In this document: positions 3,603-8,429 of the stretch, piece after piece | Layout of the letters: the number at the start of each line of letters is the position of its first letter | How positions within the stretch are numbered: position 1 is the first letter of the stretch | DNA from: Promethearchaeota archaeon | GTDB lineage: Archaea; Asgardarchaeota; Odinarchaeia; Odinarchaeales; JBHLKK01 | Reading direction: 5' to 3' | Assembly: GCA_048939465.1 (NCBI GenBank) | Contig: JBHLPL010000084.1 | Coordinates: 1 to 8,429, forward strand | DNA: 8,429 bases | Position numbers and translations under genes: made by a program | The notes under the pieces: generated by a model | Databases searched by the model: none | Told to the model about the DNA's origin: nothing | The model's input: only the letters and a program-made list of their open reading frames with translations

Positions 3603-6600
3603 CTATTCAAGTGCCTTTTCATAGATAGTCAACATTCTTTGAGTGACTCTATTCCAGGAACATAATCTTGTTACCAAATCCCTGGCGTTCCTTCCCATCT
3701 CTCTCCGTTTCTTATCATCATTGAGTAGAGAAGAAATAGCCTCGGATAAATTTCCCACAAGTTCAGAATCCAGACTTATTAGTCGTCCCACGTCTCGGTT
3801 TACAAATTCTTCGAAGGCTTCTATCCTCGAGGCAATCGTGGGCACACCGCATGCCATAGCCTCCAAAACAGATATGCTCATCAGTTCCATCTTCGTCATG
3901 GTAACAAACAGGTCGGCATGCCTTAGGAGCCTAATCTTCTCTTTCTCAGGAACATAGCCGGCAACAATAATATTATCCCCGCCATATCTACTTCTCAGGG
4001 AATTATACAAAGGACCTTTTCCAACAATTATCAGACGAACCTCTTCGCCAAAATCACACTTCAAATATGCCTTGATAAGCGGGCCTATGTTCTTTTCAGG
4101 AGACAGTCTTCCAACATATAATATTGTCTTTTCTTTCCTCTTTTTTAACGGCAGTGGTCTGAATACATTTACGTCCACCCCTGTTGGAACGTGATTCACA
4201 TTGGGAAAACCCACACTCTTAACAAAGCTCTCCTGCGATTTGGAAGTTACTATTATCTGATCTGATTGTCTTAGATAGCGCTTACCTATTTGATACATTA
4301 AGCGGGAGAGATACCCATAGGCTGTATTTTGAAGCGATAAGGCATAGTGGAGACTACACACAATAGGAATGTTCAGTTTTCTTGCAGCTTTAAAGGCATA
4401 AGCGTCCCAAGTCGTAGTAGGCCAGTGCAGATGAAGAAGCTGGAACGGTCGCTTCTTATGATTCCTCACTATTGTGCTTACTGCTTCTTTGCCTTTGGGG
4501 AGCACAAAATAAAACTCACCAACCTTAATTCGTGTGGGAAGAGGGATGTCCTTAGGAGAAATGGGATCTATACCTCTCTCCTCCGGGAAATAAAAGCCAA
4601 CTGTCTTGTTGTTATCTTTTTGTAAATGCTTGCGAAGGTGTGTAACATAGTGATATATGCCGTGAGTTGCCCCAGGGTATATTATGCCTATGTTAAGACC
4701 TTTTTTCTCGACATCTTCTTTCTTTCTAAGACCTACTGTGAGCTTCGTTTCTTTTCCAGGACGGTGTTCTATGCTTCCAATAAGATTGTGGGGCATCGCT
4801 ATTGATTTTCCAGTTGCTAAGATTTCTTCTGGATTCTTGCTCTCAATAAGCGAAAGTGCAGAAACTTGTCTGTAGATTCCTGCATGAATCCAGTTCGTAC
4901 GAAGGCTTACATCAATACCAAGAACGTCTTTCTTCTGAAGCAATCGGTCAAATGATTGTCCAGTAGTCTTATCGGGGTTACATATCTCCCAAACAAGTGT
5001 GTTGTTTGACCTGCCAATAATAACCGATCTATTCTCATTATCGACAAAAACTTCAGATCCGTTTGTGTTCAATCCGATATAAGGAACCAAAGCTTGCCGA
5101 CAGTCTGTATCTTCAGCCAGCGTTTCTATCTGAAGCGGATTAAACAGAAGCATTGGTGTTCCATTGATATTGAAGGCATATACTCTGAAGCTAAGTCTAT
5201 GAAAATCAGTTGCAAATTCACCCGAGAATCTTACACAGAATGGGCCTTCTTTGTTGCCCAGAACCAGCTTAGAGATCTTCTTCTTGACTCTTTCCCACTC
5301 GTGTACCTTGATGCTGTCTTCTGCTTCTTTTGGTCCTACACCGTAAAGGGCATCTTTTACACTACTTGAGGCCAGGAGAAGTCGGAAGTAGTATTGCCGT
5401 AGAGTTCTTTTTATCGTTCTTTTGAGTCTTGCATATCGAGAGTAACAGGGCCAAAATGAAACGCCGACTCCTCTTTCATTAAGAAAATTCTCGCCGAAAT
5501 TGTTCTTTAACGATTCAATTACGCCAGTTTCTTTGTTTATTCGGCAGAATTCTCTCCAGCTGTTATTTTCTCTTACTTCAATCAATAGATGATCTCGGCC
5601 AAGGCTGCACCTTATTCTACTCGGTATTCTCTTCCTTGTCCTAGCTTCGTCATCAAAATAGATGAAAAGCTCTGTTTGGGGGTGCTCAACAGGTATGAAA
5701 GCAACGATCTCATCATTCGGGCGCAGTTGAGTCTTACTTCTCCCTATGACCTGAGAGGGAATCAGCTTACCGTTATGAATTACTCGAATAGACTGAGGAT
5801 TTATTGCAGCGTTCAGATTATCGAGCAAGTGTTTGGCGGGTACGACAAGAGGAATCGTTGTCAAATTCGAAGACAAATCAAGCAAGACAAGAGGAACGCG
5901 GTACTTCCAGCGCTTGTTCCACCATTTCTTTGTCTCTTTGCCTCTTCCATGTAATCGAATGACATGTTCACCACTTGGAACCGAAATTCCTCTGGATTTC
6001 AAATCTTCCTTACTTAGCTTGGCCAAGACCTTTTTGCCAATGGAAACAAAGATTTCTTCAAAAGGGGAGTTCCTCACAAGGACCGTAGGGTGAGTTCCGC
6101 TATACCAAATCTTAATTCTCTGATTCTCAGGATTCCAAAGAGCAAGCAGATTATTAACTGATTCTCCCGTGATTCTCATATCTGAGCTATTCCTTCTGGT
6201 GACCAAGACAGTCAGGGTCTGACCTTCTTTAAGGTTGATACCAAAAATACTCCTATTGCTTCTTGAGACAATCTCTTCATTATCTATCTCAGCCTGTCGT
6301 CCGACTAGGTATGGCGAACGGATTTCGATTCCTGATACTTCAGCATCTGAATTGTTCTTTAGGACAATGTGCACGATTCCCTTTTCCAGGTAGACTTTCT
6401 GAAGAAAGCTGCATTTTTCCAGAAGTTCGATTTTGTTTCCTTTTACTTCGAAACTGATCTTCTTGTCCAGCGTCTCACATTCCATGGACGCTAATAGAAG
6501 TTCGCTTGCGGCGAAGGTCTGCTGGACTGGTATGTCTTCTAGCCCATGGATATAATTGAAGAAATAGGTTTCACTAAGTCCGCCATCTTTTTCTATGAAA

Positions 6601-8321
6601 TCAAGTGCCTTCCGATAGACATAATTGAAGATCTTACTCCAGAAGGGGTTTCCAGTTATCCTATATAATCTTGAATAGACTGACAGGACCATGACTGTCT
6701 CATAAGGTGCCACTCGAGGAGTTATGGAAAACGAGAGCGGATCAAAACCGCCACGGATTTTGAGCCTATCTGATTCCCACCAGAAGTGCCATGTTAGGAG
6801 GTATTTTGCCCAAGCCAATGAATAGTCTAGGAACTTCCTTTTATGAAGTGTTTCGTAGGCGTCCAGATTGGCATGAGCAGCGATGATTGCAGATATTCCT
6901 TCTTCCTCGTCAACTCCGGCGTCTCTCAGATAATTATACCCTAGGCAAGCAAAACCCCCTGGATTAAGCCAGTCTAACCCCTTCAGTGCTGCAGAACGAT
7001 ATATCTTCTCCCCGGTTATTCTATGGGCGAGGAGAAGAGCCCTTATGCATTCCGCGCTTCCACCCACAGACTCTTTGGATTCAAAATCTAATCTACGGGC
7101 AGGATATTCCCCAAAAACCTTTATTCCGAGTCGCCAAGCTCCATTGTCCTTCTGGGTTCTTAATATCCAATCAAGCGCGTCCAAACCCGCATTTAAGGCT
7201 CTTCTATCCTCTCGGTCTTCCCAGTCTCGCCGGATATGGTACAACTCTAAGAATTTCAGAGCAATAGTTGCCTGACCCCCCGGATATCCCGCATATCCGC
7301 TCTTAAGATATGAGTATCCTTCAGCCGTTACTCCATTGTAAGCAATACTATTGTGCCATATTCTACAGTTGTTCTTTATCTCCGATAGATTCCTGGAAAG
7401 CAATAGTTTTCTCAACCGGTTTGACCAATTGAGGAAAGACTTGCTGCCACTCTTCAAATAGTAGCGGTAGAAATTCACCATTCGTTCTGCTTCAAAGGAA
7501 GTGAGACTAAAGAGCAAATCATCAAACAAGAAAGATGGATGATCCTTATAAGGAAGCTGCAAGAAAGTGCCTAGCCTATCATCCCAGGCTCTCCAAAAAG
7601 CGTTCTGGGTTTTGGCAGCAACTCTTCTACAAGTCTCCAAATCCGTTGACAGTTGTTCCAGCGGCTTTACTTGGAAGAATCCATCTACAGCTTCAGTCCA
7701 GATACCGTACCCATAAATGATAGACGCTGTTGTCTTTATCTCCTCTCCCGCATCCAAAACTATTGGAAGAGGCTCAGGTCTTGGATGACGGCCAAGCCAA
7801 ATGTTCCTTTTTAACATCAATTCTTGGGAGCAATAAGCCAAGGCCGCAACACTATCACCTGTTTCAGACGATCTCCTGCCCTCAAACCTGATGGAGTGAA
7901 CAAGATTCTGATCAAGACTCGACTTTTCAATAGGAGAGAACACAACTCCGAAGTACGAGTTGGAGGAATTGAACATAATAAGAGGCATCTTGCAGTACAT
8001 CGCACTTCGATAGCAATTCCCGTCAATGGTTGCTGGTGGGATTTTGGACTTGTAGTAGGTTGAGAAAGGATAAGGAAAATCGAATCTTCGATTAACTATA
8101 TCAAAATCGTCGGACCGAACGTAGCGCATGCCACCGACAAAGGCGTAATTCACTGGAAGCGAGCAGCACAATATGGGGTTCTCGAAGAGAACTAATTCAA
8201 CTCTATCCGGAGAAGTGCATGTTGTTATTATTTGAGGAAAAGACTTCGAGAAATCCCAAATAGTGTCAATTTTCCACCTTTCAGATTCGCCTGAAAGTCT
8301 TATTTCGTTCTTTCCAACCAC
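3603..8321 (-). CDS. 1572-aa multidomain carbohydrate-active protein: six-hairpin glycosidase-like domain, beta-rich domains and C-terminal GT4 glycosyltransferase
   Basis: Uninterrupted 4.7-kb ORF with a GTG start bounded by an in-frame TGA at 8339-8337. See the separate domain entries. No signal peptide or transmembrane segment is visible. Confidence 0.9.
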   Translation of the reverse strand: MVGKNEIRLSGESERWKIDTIWDFSKSFPQIITTCTSPDRVELVLFENPILCCSLPVNYAFVGGMRYVRSDDFDIVNRRFDFPYPFSTYYKSKIPPATIDGNCYRSAMYCKMPLIMFNSSNSYFGVVFSPIEKSSLDQNLVHSIRFEGRRSSETGDSVAALAYCSQELMLKRNIWLGRHPRPEPLPIVLDAGEEIKTTASIIYGYGIWTEAVDGFFQVKPLEQLSTDLETCRRVAAKTQNAFWRAWDDRLGTFLQLPYKDHPSFLFDDLLFSLTSFEAERMVNFYRYYLKSGSKSFLNWSNRLRKLLLSRNLSEIKNNCRIWHNSIAYNGVTAEGYSYLKSGYAGYPGGQATIALKFLELYHIRRDWEDREDRRALNAGLDALDWILRTQKDNGAWRLGIKVFGEYPARRLDFESKESVGGSAECIRALLLAHRITGEKIYRSAALKGLDWLNPGGFACLGYNYLRDAGVDEEEGISAIIAAHANLDAYETLHKRKFLDYSLAWAKYLLTWHFWWESDRLKIRGGFDPLSFSITPRVAPYETVMVLSVYSRLYRITGNPFWSKIFNYVYRKALDFIEKDGGLSETYFFNYIHGLEDIPVQQTFAASELLLASMECETLDKKISFEVKGNKIELLEKCSFLQKVYLEKGIVHIVLKNNSDAEVSGIEIRSPYLVGRQAEIDNEEIVSRSNRSIFGINLKEGQTLTVLVTRRNSSDMRITGESVNNLLALWNPENQRIKIWYSGTHPTVLVRNSPFEEIFVSIGKKVLAKLSKEDLKSRGISVPSGEHVIRLHGRGKETKKWWNKRWKYRVPLVLLDLSSNLTTIPLVVPAKHLLDNLNAAINPQSIRVIHNGKLIPSQVIGRSKTQLRPNDEIVAFIPVEHPQTELFIYFDDEARTRKRIPSRIRCSLGRDHLLIEVRENNSWREFCRINKETGVIESLKNNFGENFLNERGVGVSFWPCYSRYARLKRTIKRTLRQYYFRLLLASSSVKDALYGVGPKEAEDSIKVHEWERVKKKISKLVLGNKEGPFCVRFSGEFATDFHRLSFRVYAFNINGTPMLLFNPLQIETLAEDTDCRQALVPYIGLNTNGSEVFVDNENRSVIIGRSNNTLVWEICNPDKTTGQSFDRLLQKKDVLGIDVSLRTNWIHAGIYRQVSALSLIESKNPEEILATGKSIAMPHNLIGSIEHRPGKETKLTVGLRKKEDVEKKGLNIGIIYPGATHGIYHYVTHLRKHLQKDNNKTVGFYFPEERGIDPISPKDIPLPTRIKVGEFYFVLPKGKEAVSTIVRNHKKRPFQLLHLHWPTTTWDAYAFKAARKLNIPIVCSLHYALSLQNTAYGYLSRLMYQIGKRYLRQSDQIIVTSKSQESFVKSVGFPNVNHVPTGVDVNVFRPLPLKKRKEKTILYVGRLSPEKNIGPLIKAYLKCDFGEEVRLIIVGKGPLYNSLRSRYGGDNIIVAGYVPEKEKIRLLRHADLFVTMTKMELMSISVLEAMACGVPTIASRIEAFEEFVNRDVGRLISLDSELVGNLSEAISSLLNDDKKRREMGRNARDLVTRLCSWNRVTQRMLTIYEKALE
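3606..4697 (-). other. GT4 (GT-B fold) glycosyltransferase domain, aa about 1209-1572
   Basis: LLHLHW, IPIVCSLH, VPTGVD..FRP, ILYVGRLSPEKN, LIIVGKGP, ADLFV, EX7E motif ELMSISVLEAMACGVPTIAS, and C-terminal MGRNAR..SW..V..IYE. Confidence 0.95.
4767..5609 (-). other. Beta-supersandwich-like region, aa about 905-1185
   Basis: CRINKETGVIESLKNNFGENFL resembles the start of GH38 C-terminal/galactose-mutarotase-like supersandwich domains and is followed by alternating beta-strand patterns. Boundaries are approximate. Confidence 0.4.
5652..5924 (-). other. DUF2341-like beta module, aa about 800-890
   Basis: It opens with WWNKRWKYRVPL (the WWxxxWxYRxxI motif that precedes DUF2341-type modules), then INPQSIRVI..IPSQV and LFIYFD. 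Confidence 0.45.
6477..7634 (-). other. (alpha/alpha)6 six-hairpin glycosidase-like barrel, aa about 230-615
   Basis: Repeated helical hairpins typical of this fold: ALDWILRTQKDNGAW, ALLLAHRITGEKIYRSAALKGLDWL, AYETLHKRKFLDYSLAWAKYLL, LYRITGNPFW. It also has an acidic cluster RDAGVDEEEG. The specific GH family cannot be assigned. Confidence 0.7.
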
Positions 8322-8429
8322 AATTTCATAAGGTCTTCAATCGAATTTGCCTGTTTAGTCTCTCTTTCAATTATCTGATTTAATTTACCCCGTTCAGCTC
8401 TTCTATACTGATATACCGTGATTGGTTCA

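Noticed and set aside
3643-8063. All small ORFs overlapping the 1572-aa gene
   Set aside because: They are antisense or alternative-frame shadows with no motifs.

Overview
This window is archaeal and probably from an Asgard-type genome (inferred from a longin/DENN-like gene). It carries five credible genes: a PAC2-family proteasome assembly chaperone (76-864, -), a longin plus DENN/folliculin-like protein (1313-2236, -), a DUF123 GIY-YIG nuclease (2417-2887, +), a 114-aa orphan (3169-3513, -), and a 1572-aa fusion of a six-hairpin glycosidase-like barrel, beta-rich domains and a GT4 glycosyltransferase (3603-8321, -). The ORF track misses the IS200/IS605 material in the intergenic DNA. A 378-bp internally deleted element (939-1316, +) has a left-end hairpin, a frameshifted tnpB 3' remnant, an omegaRNA-like scaffold and a right end. 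It appears to have inserted inside the last codon and stop of the longin/DENN gene, and its own terminal TTAC replaces the stop in register, so the protein is unchanged. A second, related right-end hairpin (3072-3104, -) faces the first. All family assignments come from reading motifs by eye; no searches were run.
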